A stretch of 64,000 bases of DNA from Gammaproteobacteria bacterium (GCA_963662545.2 CAXXLL010000003.1:2624001-2688000); one strand, 5' to 3'. Positions 40,334 through 51,405 are shown, counted from the first letter of the stretch. Notes: a model not told the origin generated them from the sequence alone. Program-made: numbers and translations.

Positions 40334-42787
40334 TTAAGACTTGGTACGCTCGCTCTTCGGATCGTACATCGGCTTCAACGAGGCTTTCGCCGTGTACGTG
40401 CGGTTGGCCTGTTCGAGCGTATAGGTTCCATCGGCGACGAAGGCATCCGTCACGCCGTCCTCGTGATTGACATAGCCCATCGCCGCGCAGGCGCCGAGGG
40501 TGTGTGCATAGCCTGCCGAGGTCGTATACCCGACGCGCTCGCGATCGCGCAGGATGGGCTCGTTGTGCACCAGCATCGGTTCGGGATCGTCCAACAGGAA
40601 TTGCACCAGCCGCCGTTTGAGCGGGTTCGCTTCGCGCTCGGCGATCAATGCTTCACGCCCGATGAACCCGCCGGGCTTGTCCCAGGCGCAGGTAAACCCA
40701 AGACCGGCTTCGAGCAGGGTCTCCAGCGGTCCCATGTCATGCGCCCACTCGCGATAGGCTTTCTCGATGCGCAGGGTGTTGAGGGTGTGGTAGCCGCAAT
40801 GCTTGAGGCCCAGATCGGCACCCGCTTCGATCAGGCGGTCGTATACGGGTAACGCCATCTCAGTCGGAATGTAGAGCTCCCAGCCGAGTTCGCCCGTATA
40901 GGAGAGTCGCACAGCCATCGCCGACTGGTAGCCGATCTCAATGTGCTGCATGGTGCCGAAGGGAAATGCTTGCGCGGTGAAATCGGCACTCGAGATCTGC
41001 GACAGGAGCGCGCGAGAATTTGGGCCCTGCACGTTCAACATCGCGTAGGCGCCCGTGACGTCGGTGGTCACGCAGGCGGCATCGTCCGGAATATTCTCCC
41101 GGATCCAGGCATGGACCTGGGTGCAGGTGAACGCGGCCGTCACGACCAGGTAGCGGTCCTCGGCCAGACGCGTAATAGTCAGATCGGCCTCGACCCCGCC
41201 GCGCACGTTTAAGAACTGCGTGTAGGCGACCTTGCCGAGCGGCATCGCCATGTCGGCGGTTGCGATGCGGTTCAAAACGCGTTCAGCATCCCTTCCCTGC
41301 ACGAGGATCTTGGCGAAGGAGGTCTGCTCGAAGATGCCCACCGCTTCACGCACGGCGCGGTGTTCCTCGGCATTGTTCTCGAACCAGTTCTGGCGGCCGA
41401 AGTCGTATTCGTATGCCGGCTTCTGACCTGGTTTGGCGTACCAGTTCGGCCGCTCCCACCCGGCAGATTCCCCGAAACAGGCGCCGGCGGCCGCGAGGCG
41501 GTCGTGCAGGATAGATAACTTGATGTTGCGCCCGGTCTCCCACTGGCGGTTCGGCCAGTGCATCTGGTAGGCGATCCCGAGCGACTCCACCACGCGATCC
41601 ACCACAAAGGGCTTATTGTTATGGCAGGGCTGGATGCGCCGGATGTCGACGTCCCAGATATCCATCGGCTGTACGCCGTCGTTGATCCAATTCGCCACGA
41701 CGTAGCCCGCGCCGCCACCCGAGAGGATCCCCAGCGAATTAAAGCCGCAGGCGACGAAGAGCCGGTCGACGTACGGCGCACGGCCCATGAGGTAGTTGTG
41801 ATCCGGCGTAAAGGATTCGGGACCGCAGAAAAACTGGCGGATACCGGTGTCGAACAGAACGGGTAAGCGCTGCATGCCGCGTTCGATGTGCGGCTCCATG
41901 CGTTCCCAATCGGGCTGGATCTCGTCGAAGCAGAAATGCTCGGGGATCCCGTCGACGCCCCAGGGCGCGGCGACGGGTTCGAAGAAACCCAGCAGAATCT
42001 TGCCGGCTTCCTCGCGCGCGTAAACGCAGCGGCCCGGGTCGCGCAAGATCGGCAGCCGATTGTGCACGCCGTCGATGGGCTCCGATATAAGGTAGTAATG
42101 CTCGGCCGCCTGCAGCGGGATGTCGACGCCCGCCATCAAGCCGACCTCGCGGCCCCACATGCCGGGGCACAGCACGACGACCTCGGCGCGGACCTCGCCC
42201 TTGTCCGTTCGCACGCCGACGGCACGGCCGTTTTCGACGAGCAAGCCGGTCACCGGCGTATCCTCGATGATGTTGACGCCGTTCTGGCGCGCGCCCTTGG
42301 CGAGCGCCTGCCCTACATCGGCCGGATTGACCCGTCCGTCATCCGGAAAATAAAAGCCGGTCAAGAGATCGTCGACGTAGACCAGTGGAAAGAGTTCCTT
42401 GATCTGCCCGGGTGAGATCTCTTCGTTCTCGACGCCGAAAATGCGCGCCATCGCACAGCCGCGGCGCATCTCCTCGGCTTTCTCGGCCGTCGCCGCGAGT
42501 TGGATGGAGCCGCACTTGATGAACCCGGTCGCCTGACCGGTTTCCGCTTCCAAATCCTCGTAGAGCTTGAGCGAATACTGCGCCAGCCGGGTCTGACTCT
42601 CACTGTCCCGCAGCGTGGTGACGAGTCCGGCGGCGTGCCAGGTCGTGCCCGAACTCACCTGCTTGCGCTCGAGCACGATCACGTCGGTCCAGCCGAGCTT
42701 GGCGAGATGGTAGGCCGTCGAACAGCCAATGACGCCGCCACCGACGACGACGGCACGGGCGTGGGCCGGGACGCTGCTCGTGTTCAT
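40334..42787 (-). CDS. GcvT-family FAD-dependent oxidoreductase (dimethylglycine/sarcosine dehydrogenase-like)
   Basis: GGGVIG, GTTWHAAG, GPESFTPD, GWERPNW, GELGWEL, LRIEKAY. Confidence 0.92.
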   Translation of the reverse strand: MNTSSVPAHARAVVVGGGVIGCSTAYHLAKLGWTDVIVLERKQVSSGTTWHAAGLVTTLRDSESQTRLAQYSLKLYEDLEAETGQATGFIKCGSIQLAATAEKAEEMRRGCAMARIFGVENEEISPGQIKELFPLVYVDDLLTGFYFPDDGRVNPADVGQALAKGARQNGVNIIEDTPVTGLLVENGRAVGVRTDKGEVRAEVVVLCPGMWGREVGLMAGVDIPLQAAEHYYLISEPIDGVHNRLPILRDPGRCVYAREEAGKILLGFFEPVAAPWGVDGIPEHFCFDEIQPDWERMEPHIERGMQRLPVLFDTGIRQFFCGPESFTPDHNYLMGRAPYVDRLFVACGFNSLGILSGGGAGYVVANWINDGVQPMDIWDVDIRRIQPCHNNKPFVVDRVVESLGIAYQMHWPNRQWETGRNIKLSILHDRLAAAGACFGESAGWERPNWYAKPGQKPAYEYDFGRQNWFENNAEEHRAVREAVGIFEQTSFAKILVQGRDAERVLNRIATADMAMPLGKVAYTQFLNVRGGVEADLTITRLAEDRYLVVTAAFTCTQVHAWIRENIPDDAACVTTDVTGAYAMLNVQGPNSRALLSQISSADFTAQAFPFGTMQHIEIGYQSAMAVRLSYTGELGWELYIPTEMALPVYDRLIEAGADLGLKHCGYHTLNTLRIEKAYREWAHDMGPLETLLEAGLGFTCAWDKPGGFIGREALIAEREANPLKRRLVQFLLDDPEPMLVHNEPILRDRERVGYTTSAGYAHTLGACAAMGYVNHEDGVTDAFVADGTYTLEQANRTYTAKASLKPMYDPKSERTKS

Positions 42788-43239
42788 TGCAACCCTTAGC
42801 TCTGGTGACGGTGAATCATTTTACGATACGGCTGCGGCATATCTACTTTTCGTTGATTCGACCTTGTTCCCAGTCAGGCACCGATCCAATACACGGCCGT
42901 ATAACGATCGAAAAGCAAATGCGTCACCCGCCCATCCTTCTGCGCTGCGTAGAGGGTTGTATTCGGTGCGCGCACAATGCGATTTTTCCGACGCATGCGA
43001 CCGATACGGGCCAGCTCGAAAAGCTTCTCGTATATGAGATTACTGCGTGTGATTGCTTATGGTAGGACTAGCTGGCGCGCATTGTAAGCGCAGCTTAAGT
43101 CCACCAGCTGGAGCCGGATGACTGGACCGGAAATCTTCCGTTGCAAGTCATCGTCTTCGACACCGCCCGATACGAGTGACACCGGAAACGGGTGCGTTCT
43201 GCCGTGAGAATGCGGAGCCATCACCGCCACCGAGATGTG

Positions 43240-43271
43240 CCGGCTCCGGCAGGTCGCCCTACCGGAGCCGG
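43240..43271 (-). terminator. GC-rich hairpin downstream of the DUF1329 gene
   Basis: CCGGCTCCGG...CCGGAGCCGG; no clear U-tract. Confidence 0.5.
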
Positions 43272-43315
43272 TGTGAAACCATCTATCTTCGATAGACGTA
43301 AAGCGTGATCGTTGA

Positions 43316-44692
43316 CTAACGTCCTTCCGTCAACCGGTTCACGTCATGGGTTCGCTTAATGGTCTTGAATTCGACGCGCGGATAGCTCAAACCGCGGCAC
43401 GGAATAATCGTTGCACGCCAGTTCTGCAGGTTCACCACCTGGATCCCCTGAAACGCGCTCATCCGCGTGCCCTCCGGCGTTTCGCCAGCCCCGGCTTTAT
43501 CCTTGGCTTTGAACCAGGGATCTTCGGTCCAGACTTTCGGGATCTTCCACACCTTCCACAACTTGCCGCCTACGTCGTACGCTTCTGAATAGTAAGGCGT
43601 ACCACTCATCGCGCTAGTCATCACGATCTTGCTCGAATAGGGATGGCCCGGCGCCAAATGCGGAATGCCCTTGATGACATCCATTTCCATCAAGGCGTAA
43701 TCGTCCACCTCCTGCCAGCCGTCCGGACCACCAAAGTGCGTGTTGAGGTCCCGCGACCTCGAGATTGACAGCGTCTTGACCGTGCCCAGGAACACCCAGT
43801 CCCACTCGACGGGGCGGCCCGCAAACCCGTAAAAGTCTTCAAGCGTATCCTCTGTTCCCAACAAGACATCCGATTTAACCTCAACCGATATGCGGCGCAC
43901 GCGGCGCAAGCTCGGAATGTAGGCCCAGGAATGATCAGCTTTATGGGGATCCATGTAGCGCAGAATGAGGAAAGCCGTACCGGCGATATCGAACGGTGAG
44001 GTGAAACCCGTGTATTCCCGGAACTCCGTGTTATCGGCCCAGCGGCCGGGGATCCGGTAGCCGGTATCGGCCCGGTGTGCTAGACCATTCATGATCACTT
44101 TTTGGTACGGGCCGTACATAACGCGGCTGAACTTGCCGCCGCCACCATAGTACTTGCCGGTCCAACGCTTCATGAGTTCATGGTCGTCGTGCGTGCCGCC
44201 GCGTTCGACCCAGACCCATTCCACTTCCTCGATGCGCAGGCCATCGTGCTGCCAGCGCCAGTTGTAATTCCAAATCGCCTTATAGCCATCTTCCGTACTG
44301 CCGGGCGTAAACTTCGTCCGATCGAAGGGGCGTCCCGCGGTGTAATTCTGAAGACCACCTTTATCATCCAGCGTGGCCTGGCCCGCGAATTTCTCCGTCG
44401 CGTCCTTATAGGCCTGCGGTGGGGTGAGATCGCCCGGATCCTTGATCCGGTACTCCATGCCTTCGAAACAGAAACCGGCCTGGATCCAGCCCGGTGGGAC
44501 GAACGGCTTCAGCTCTTCGCAGTCTTCGTAGTGAATCAGATCGCCGTCGACGAATTGGAAATTGGCGTCTTGATTGGCTTTAAGCCATCCTTCGAATTCT
44601 TCGACACCAGCTGCTCTAGCCCGCTCTGAATGCACGCTTGCAATGAGGACACTACAAAAGGCGAGCGCGGCTAACCGATTAAATAGGTTCAT
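43316..44692 (-). CDS. DUF1329 family periplasmic protein
   Basis: Signal peptide; NYTAGRPF, SPFDIAG, WAYIPSLRRVRR, YDVGGKLWK. Confidence 0.88.
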   Translation of the reverse strand: MNLFNRLAALAFCSVLIASVHSERARAAGVEEFEGWLKANQDANFQFVDGDLIHYEDCEELKPFVPPGWIQAGFCFEGMEYRIKDPGDLTPPQAYKDATEKFAGQATLDDKGGLQNYTAGRPFDRTKFTPGSTEDGYKAIWNYNWRWQHDGLRIEEVEWVWVERGGTHDDHELMKRWTGKYYGGGGKFSRVMYGPYQKVIMNGLAHRADTGYRIPGRWADNTEFREYTGFTSPFDIAGTAFLILRYMDPHKADHSWAYIPSLRRVRRISVEVKSDVLLGTEDTLEDFYGFAGRPVEWDWVFLGTVKTLSISRSRDLNTHFGGPDGWQEVDDYALMEMDVIKGIPHLAPGHPYSSKIVMTSAMSGTPYYSEAYDVGGKLWKVWKIPKVWTEDPWFKAKDKAGAGETPEGTRMSAFQGIQVVNLQNWRATIIPCRGLSYPRVEFKTIKRTHDVNRLTEGR

Positions 44693-45049
44693 TGAATTCC
44701 CTCCATCAGGACGCGAATCGCGACCATAACATCGAATTATAAACAAATTAGTTAAGATGGAAGGACTTTTATTTTGTCCATTTTTAAGAATTTTCCGGAA
44801 CGCTACCGTGCCCGAAAAGGCACGGAACCGGCCCACCTCAGTCCGAATCTGGCCGCTTGAATCCGGGTCCCACGAGTGAAACTCTATGAATTCATTTGGT
44901 TTACGAGCTTCGATAATTCCCGTGGCAATTGGATCCTGGCACGTCGACGATTATGATCCTAAATTGCTTGTCGTGAAATTTATGTGAAATCCGACAGGCA
45001 CCTGCGGAACCTTTACCTGCGCGAAGCATGACCGATAAGAGGAAATAAT

Positions 45050-47113
45050 ATGCACTACGTACTGGGTGTCGATATCGGCGGCACCTTCACCGATTTCTCC
45101 CTGCTCGACAAAGACGGTCACATTGCGCTGTGGAAAGAGGCGACGACGCCTAAAGATCCCGCAGAAGCGATCCAGCGGGGGATTCGCGCTCTGGCCGAAC
45201 AGGCCGAGATGAGCCTCGACAAATTCCTCGATCGCCTCGATTTGTTCGTCCACGGTTCGACCATTGCGACCAATACGGTAATCCAACGTAACGGACCTAA
45301 GACCGCACTGTTATGCACCGAGGGATTCCGCGACGTCATTCACTTTCGCGATGGCTTCAAACCCGACCGCTACAACATCCAACTGCAACCGCCGGAAGAT
45401 TTCATTCCGCGCTACCTGCGCATTCCGATCAAGGAGCGCGTGAACTACACCGGTGAGGTCGTAGCACCGCTCGAGGAAGATTCGGTGCATGCCGCCGCCG
45501 CGAAGCTCAAAAATGCTGGTGTCGAATCCGTGGCAGTCGCCTTTTTGTGGTCGATCATGAACGCCGATCACGAGCGGCGCGTTAAAGCGATCATCGAAGA
45601 GAAACTGCCGGGCGTGCCGGTGGTGTTGAGTTCCGATGTGCTGCCGATGATCCGCGAATGGGAGCGCACGACCTGCGCGGTGTTGAGCGCCTACGTGATC
45701 CCGGGCATTGCACGCTACATGGTGGAACTCGAAGAGTTCCTGCACGGTAACGGTTTTCGTCATCCGCTCTTGATCATGCAGCTCAATGGCGGCAGCTCGA
45801 CGGTCAACAAGATTCTGCATCGGCCGATTTACACGCTGGCCTCCGGTCCGGCGGCGGCACCCATAGCCGGGCTCCATTGTTCCCAACGAGTCGGGATGGA
45901 GAATGTGATCACGATCGACATGGGCGGTACCAGTTTCGATGTCTCGATGGTGACCGACGGCACGCCGACTTTGACGCGCGAGCTTCGCGTGCACGACCTG
46001 CCGGTCGGCGTCGCCGCAGTCGACGTGCATTCCGTAGGGGCCGGCGGCGGCAGCATCGCCTGGATTGACAAGGGCGGCGCACTGCAGGTCGGTCCGCAGA
46101 GCGCGGGCGCCGAACCGGGACCGGCGTGTTACGCGCAGGGCGGCACCGATCCCACATGCACCGATGCGAACGTCGTCCTGGGTTATATCAATCCGGATTA
46201 TTTTCTCGGCGGGCGGCGCGAGATTAATGTTGAGCTCTCCGAACGTGCGATTGAGAACCTTATTGCAAAGCCGCTCGGTTTGACGGTGCCCGAAGCGGCG
46301 CACGGCATATTCCGGATCATCAACAACAACATGGTGGATGCGATCCGCGTGGTCTCGATCGAGCGTGGGATCGATCCGCGCCATTACTCGCTCGTGGTCG
46401 GGGGCGGGGCGGGCGCTATCCACGCCGGCATGCTCGGCCGCACGCTCGGCATGAAAACTGCGATTATTCCGCGCTACAGTGGCGTGTTCTGCTCCGTCGG
46501 CATGATCGTCAGCGACGTACGTCATGATTACATGCAGGCCTTCGCGACCAACACCAAGCGCTTCGATCTGGAAGGCGCGAATAAAGTCATCGCCGATCTG
46601 GAACGCAAGGCGCTCGACGATATGATCGAGGAGGGTTTTCCCGAGGGCGAGGTAACCCTCACGCGCTTCGCGGATGCCAAGTATCCGGCGCAGATCCACG
46701 AGCTGACGGTGCCGCTCAAGGCCGACGGGCCGTTGACCGAGGCGCATATCGATGAAATGGCCGAGGCGTTCCACGATCTGCACGAACGCATGTTCAGTTA
46801 CAGCGTGCGCGAGAGTTCGGTCGACTTCTTCCACTGGCGCGTGATCGCGCACCGGGCCGTGCAGTCGCCACAAACTCCCGAGCTGCCGGAGACCGGCGAA
46901 CCCGTCACCAAGGTCCAGAAAGGGACGCGTCGGGTCTATTTCGGCGATATCGACGACTATCGCGACACCAAAATTTACGACGGAGATCGGCTCAATCGCG
47001 GTATGATGATCACCGGTCCCGCCGTCGTGGAGCAGCAGAACACGACCATCGTGGTCTTTCCGGGCCAGAAGCTTGAAGTGAATGAGTACGGTGATTTCGT
47101 CCTAGAGCTCTGA
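45050..47113 (+). CDS. Hydantoinase/oxoprolinase subunit A
   Basis: GVDIGGTFTD, HGSTIATN, SGPAA, DMGGTSFD, GAGGGSIA, PGPACY. Confidence 0.93.
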   Translation: MHYVLGVDIGGTFTDFSLLDKDGHIALWKEATTPKDPAEAIQRGIRALAEQAEMSLDKFLDRLDLFVHGSTIATNTVIQRNGPKTALLCTEGFRDVIHFRDGFKPDRYNIQLQPPEDFIPRYLRIPIKERVNYTGEVVAPLEEDSVHAAAAKLKNAGVESVAVAFLWSIMNADHERRVKAIIEEKLPGVPVVLSSDVLPMIREWERTTCAVLSAYVIPGIARYMVELEEFLHGNGFRHPLLIMQLNGGSSTVNKILHRPIYTLASGPAAAPIAGLHCSQRVGMENVITIDMGGTSFDVSMVTDGTPTLTRELRVHDLPVGVAAVDVHSVGAGGGSIAWIDKGGALQVGPQSAGAEPGPACYAQGGTDPTCTDANVVLGYINPDYFLGGRREINVELSERAIENLIAKPLGLTVPEAAHGIFRIINNNMVDAIRVVSIERGIDPRHYSLVVGGGAGAIHAGMLGRTLGMKTAIIPRYSGVFCSVGMIVSDVRHDYMQAFATNTKRFDLEGANKVIADLERKALDDMIEEGFPEGEVTLTRFADAKYPAQIHELTVPLKADGPLTEAHIDEMAEAFHDLHERMFSYSVRESSVDFFHWRVIAHRAVQSPQTPELPETGEPVTKVQKGTRRVYFGDIDDYRDTKIYDGDRLNRGMMITGPAVVEQQNTTIVVFPGQKLEVNEYGDFVLEL

Positions 47114-47147
47114 AATGGGGCGTAGAGAGTAAACAGGAGGATTCCTG

Positions 47148-49061
47148 ATGAGTACTGTACAACCGGTTAAGGATTTCGATTCCCAGCACGACAAGATCCC
47201 GCTGTTGGCCGATGAAAACATCGACCCGATCACGTTTTCCGTGATTTTGAACCGCTTCAATACCATTGCGAGGGAGATGACCTTGACCTTGGAGTACACG
47301 GCATGGACGTCGATCCTGGCGCTGGCGCGCGACTTCTCCTGTGCCATCTACGACGCCAAGGCGCGACAGGTGTGCATGATGGATGCACTGCCTATCCATA
47401 CCAATTCGCTGCACGTGATTCTGCACTCCATGGTCAATGCCTTCGAGGGCAAGGTCTACGACGGCGACGTCATCGTCAGCAACGACCCCTACAGCGGTAA
47501 CACCCACGTCGGCGATTTCGTCACCGCCTGCCCCGTGTTCTACAAGGGCGAACACCTGTTCTGGGCCGTGACCAAGGGGCACCAGCTCGACTGCGGCGCC
47601 TACGAGGCAACCAGCGTCGCGCCGAGCGCCAAGAACGTGTGGCAGGAAGCGCTGCAACTGCCGCCGATCAAGTTCTACGAAAAAGGCGAGCCGCGTACCG
47701 ATGTGATCAACATGTATCTCGCCAACGTGCGTTATCGCGACCTGCTGTACGGCGATCTGATGGCGCAGCTCGGCTCCATCTGGACCGGCAAGCGGCGGAT
47801 GGTGGAACTCGTCGATGAATACGGTCCCGAAGAGCTGACCCATTACATCGACGCGATTCTCGACTACGCCGACCGGCGCACCAGCGAAGAGATCCACAAC
47901 ATACCCGACGGCAGCTATTTCGCGGAATCGTGGATCGACTCCGACGGCATGGGCAACACCAACCTCAAGGTGTGCGCCGAAGTCAAAGTCCAAGGCGATC
48001 ATATCCACGTCGATTTTGCGGGCAGCTCGCCCCAGGGCGCGGGCGGCACCAACGGCACGCAGGGCGTGATGGAGGCCTCGGCCGGAATCCCGGTGCTGTG
48101 CGCCATCGATCCCAACATTCCGCATAACGAAGGCTGCTTGAGACATATCAGTTGCGACGCCCCGGAAGGCTCGATCGTTAAAGCCAAATACCCGGCGGCA
48201 ACCGCCATGGCGACGCTGTGTCCTGCCGCTCAGGAACAGGAGGTGGTGTGGAAAGCGCTGGCGCAGGCAGTTCCGGAACGATCGTCCGCGGGTTACGGCG
48301 GATTCCACTGCGTCCCTTCAATCTCGGGCGTCGACGAGCGCGGCGACGAACCGGTGGACTGGGCTGCGATGTTCTTCAACGGGGGCTCCGGCGGCGGCGC
48401 TTCGAAAAATGCCGACGGCTGGCCCTTGATCATGCTTTCGTCTGGTCTCGGCGGCCTCAAGATCCTGAGCACCGAGATGAGCGAACTGCTCTACCCGCTC
48501 ATGATCGATAAGCATGAAATCGAGACCGATTCCATGGGTCATGGCAACACCATGGGGGGTGCCGGCATCAATATCGTCGTGCGGCCTTATGGCACGCCCA
48601 TGGATTGCCATGTGACGGGCGACGGCGCGTCGAACCCGCCCTTTGGTTTGTTCGGGGGCACGCCCGGCATCGGCGGCGGCAACTACCGCGAAAATCTGGA
48701 AGCCGGGCACCGCGATTACTGCTCGAGCAAGGGCTACATGAAAATCGAGCCCGGTGAGGTCTGGGTGGGTGTCTCTTCGGGCGGGGGCGGTTACGGTGAC
48801 CCGCTAGCTCGCCCGGCGGAAAAAGTGTGTGAACACGTGCGCGACGAGATCATCAGCTTCAAGACGGCTCGGGACAACTACGGCGTCGTAATGGATCCGG
48901 AGACCTTCCAGCTGGACGAGATCGCCACTGCAAAGCTTCGCGCCAAGATCACAGCCACAAGAGGCGAGGTACCGATGCTGCAACCGACCGAAGCCGGCGC
49001 CGCTACGTGGCTCAAAGAAAATATGCGCGAGGGCGACAGCTACCTGCTCGACCCGCAATAG
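47148..49061 (+). CDS. Hydantoinase/oxoprolinase subunit B
   Basis: RDFSCAI, NDPYSGNTH..D, H..D, GGGGYGDP. Confidence 0.93.
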   Translation: MSTVQPVKDFDSQHDKIPLLADENIDPITFSVILNRFNTIAREMTLTLEYTAWTSILALARDFSCAIYDAKARQVCMMDALPIHTNSLHVILHSMVNAFEGKVYDGDVIVSNDPYSGNTHVGDFVTACPVFYKGEHLFWAVTKGHQLDCGAYEATSVAPSAKNVWQEALQLPPIKFYEKGEPRTDVINMYLANVRYRDLLYGDLMAQLGSIWTGKRRMVELVDEYGPEELTHYIDAILDYADRRTSEEIHNIPDGSYFAESWIDSDGMGNTNLKVCAEVKVQGDHIHVDFAGSSPQGAGGTNGTQGVMEASAGIPVLCAIDPNIPHNEGCLRHISCDAPEGSIVKAKYPAATAMATLCPAAQEQEVVWKALAQAVPERSSAGYGGFHCVPSISGVDERGDEPVDWAAMFFNGGSGGGASKNADGWPLIMLSSGLGGLKILSTEMSELLYPLMIDKHEIETDSMGHGNTMGGAGINIVVRPYGTPMDCHVTGDGASNPPFGLFGGTPGIGGGNYRENLEAGHRDYCSSKGYMKIEPGEVWVGVSSGGGGYGDPLARPAEKVCEHVRDEIISFKTARDNYGVVMDPETFQLDEIATAKLRAKITATRGEVPMLQPTEAGAATWLKENMREGDSYLLDPQ

Positions 49062-49081
49062 TCGGGCAAGTCCGGATCTTT

Positions 49082-49133
49082 GGGGTCAGGTCGTTCATTG
49101 CCGTATGGTTGCGGCAATGAACGACCTGACCCC
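49082..49133. repeat. Perfect 22-bp inverted repeat (REP-like or bidirectional terminator)
   Basis: GGGGTCAGGTCGTTCATTGCCG-N8-CGGCAATGAACGACCTGACCCC between convergent genes. Confidence 0.8.
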
Positions 49134-49138
49134 CTCAC

Positions 49139-49453
49139 CTACATATCAAACGCTTCCGCAAGTTCGACCGAACCGCCCGCGCCAAGAATAGGGCACCCTT
49201 GCGCTTTTGTAACCGCGTCATCGACATCCGAAGCTTCGATTAAGCTAAAGCCACTGACAGGATTGGAACCCCCGTTATCAACAACCGAACCGTTGCTCTG
49301 CACTGTCGATGACTTGCCGACCGGATTGCCACCATCGACAACGGCACTACCCAGCGATCCAAACCACTGCCCCCAGGCGTCCATTACTTTTGCTTGATCT
49401 TCCTTCGTTTCTGGAACGCTGCCGCCGTGATACACAAATAGATATTTCGACAT
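49139..49453 (-). CDS. YciI family protein
   Basis: KYLFVY, W..W...L, GFSLIEA....A...A..CP....G.VE. Confidence 0.85.
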   Translation of the reverse strand: MSKYLFVYHGGSVPETKEDQAKVMDAWGQWFGSLGSAVVDGGNPVGKSSTVQSNGSVVDNGGSNPVSGFSLIEASDVDDAVTKAQGCPILGAGGSVELAEAFDM

Positions 49454-49651
49454 TTTTCGGATCTCCGATTTAACGAGTTGGAATGACTATCGGCCCGGCT
49501 GTTGAAACGCAGCCTTCCGGCTACTGCGGCATGACGCCTTACAGTTGCATAGGCTGATAAAACTAGAGACTATCATCAGCAGAACCCCCTGACAGTGGGT
49601 AAAGTGCTGATAAATAGCACTGCTAAATGTGTAAAGTGCACAATGAGGCCA

Positions 49652-50935
49652 ATGTCCGATTATCATACCAAGGCCCTCAATGAAGCACTGCGGAAGCTCA
49701 GCCGCAACCCACTCCTGCCGGCCGCCGCCAGGCATCTAGCTGATAATTCCGCGGCCATCAATGCCGAACAAAGCGAAGCAATCCTAGCCGCGATACCGGC
49801 ATTCTCTGAATCCAGGAACCCCGATGACCTGCCTGATCTCGCTCGGCATACGAGTGAAATGCTACATTTGCTTGGCGGCGGTCCTGTAGATACCTTCGAT
49901 TTCGTGCGCGAGCATGCCTGGCGGCTCGCTGAGCACCGTTTTTCATTGGAGGCGACGCTGCACGCGTACCGCTGCAGTCACAAGGTCTTTTCGCGCTGGG
50001 TCCGTGAGGCGATACTGGCGTTGGTATCGTCCCCGAAAGAAGCGCAGCAACTTGCCGCTGCTACTTTGGATTTCACGGTCGAATATACCGATGCGATCAC
50101 TTCGATCGCTGCGGGCGCCTATTTGTCCCAAACGCGTTTGCTCGCCGATGTCGCTGGGGACCGGCGCGCGGAGTTGCTCACCATTTTGCTCGATGGCTAC
50201 GATGAGTCGGACGGGCGCGTGGCGAAGGTATTACGCGAAGCCGGCTATCTCGACAAACGCCAGTCGTTTTGTGTGGCAATGGTGCAGCCTGTAGATCCTT
50301 CAGAAATGATCAATCTTGATCGCGCACGTCGATTGGTCGATTCAATCGATAAGATTTTGCAGAGATCACCGTCGCGTCGCCTCATCGATTTACGTCACGA
50401 CAAGGTCGCCATCGTATTTTCTGATACCTGCCGACTGTCCGGTTGGACGGCGCCGCACACAGCGCTCGGCAGACGGGTAAGGTCTGGGCTATCGATGGTC
50501 GGCAACGCGGTCCTAATCGGCCTCAGCAATGACGTGCCATCAACTTCGCAGATTCCGACAGCCTATAGAGAGGCACTGCTCGCCCTCGAACTCGCCGAGG
50601 TAACTCACCGGGTCGTACATATCGCCGAAGTACCGGCGCGGCGTCTGATGTTACATTTGGCTGGCGATGAATTGCAGCGAGTATTGCCGGCTTGGACGCG
50701 TGAGTTCTTTCTGGCTGATGACAAGCTTGGCGGCTCTCTGGTCGCGACCTTACGCGCATACGCGAACGCGGATATGAATGTATTGAAAGCCGCGCAGAGG
50801 CTGTCGGTGCACCCCAATACGATCTATTCGCGGTTGCAAAAAATCCTCAGTATCACGGGTTTGCAGGCACGGTCTTATCACGCATTGACGGAGTTGCTCA
50901 TTGTTGCCGATTGCAGGCGTCGTTCGCTCGAATAA
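49652..50935 (+). CDS. PucR/CdaR family transcriptional regulator
   Basis: C-terminal TLRAY...MN..KAAQRLSVHPNTIYSRL..I HTH. Confidence 0.88.
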   Translation: MSDYHTKALNEALRKLSRNPLLPAAARHLADNSAAINAEQSEAILAAIPAFSESRNPDDLPDLARHTSEMLHLLGGGPVDTFDFVREHAWRLAEHRFSLEATLHAYRCSHKVFSRWVREAILALVSSPKEAQQLAAATLDFTVEYTDAITSIAAGAYLSQTRLLADVAGDRRAELLTILLDGYDESDGRVAKVLREAGYLDKRQSFCVAMVQPVDPSEMINLDRARRLVDSIDKILQRSPSRRLIDLRHDKVAIVFSDTCRLSGWTAPHTALGRRVRSGLSMVGNAVLIGLSNDVPSTSQIPTAYREALLALELAEVTHRVVHIAEVPARRLMLHLAGDELQRVLPAWTREFFLADDKLGGSLVATLRAYANADMNVLKAAQRLSVHPNTIYSRLQKILSITGLQARSYHALTELLIVADCRRRSLE

Positions 50936-51054
50936 TAATTGCGGCTGATGCGGGAATCGTTTAGCGATCCGAATTCGGGCGAACCAGGGTAGCGAGGCGC
51001 TTCATCGTAAATGGGTAAGCTATCTCCTCTTTACCGAGCGTATAAGCCTGACCA

Positions 51055-51306
51055 CTACAGGCAGGACAGATTGGCTTGTTCGGCCAGCACGGAGACTTCG
51101 TCCAGACCGAGTTCGCGGCGCACGATGTTCGCGCCGCGAACCAGTGAGACCATCTTGTAGAACGCGTGCTTGCGGCTGAGCCCCTGGCGGCCGAAGCCGC
51201 AGTCGCTGCTCAGGATCAAGCGCCCGGCGTCGATGAGTTCGAGCACCCTGCGGATGTCATCGGCGACTTCTTCCGGCGTCTCGACCTGCAGGCTGCGGTG
51301 CGAGAT
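51055..51306 (-). pseudogene. Cobalamin-independent methionine synthase II-like C-terminal fragment, cut by IS21
   Basis: VETPEEVA..IRR, L.LSSDCGF, AFYKM.SLV.GA. Confidence 0.8.
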
Positions 51307-51405
51307 TGAGAACGGCGGTGACAAATTAGTCCACGGAAGCGGCGGGATTTCCCAGCCGCGGGCGGAGTAAAACTCTGCCACCTGTAGCCTTCGATCTTTT
51401 TTGAG

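Noticed and set aside
42790-43230. Glycine or other riboswitch upstream of the GcvT-like gene
   Set aside because: No recognisable aptamer consensus by eye; an Rfam scan would settle it
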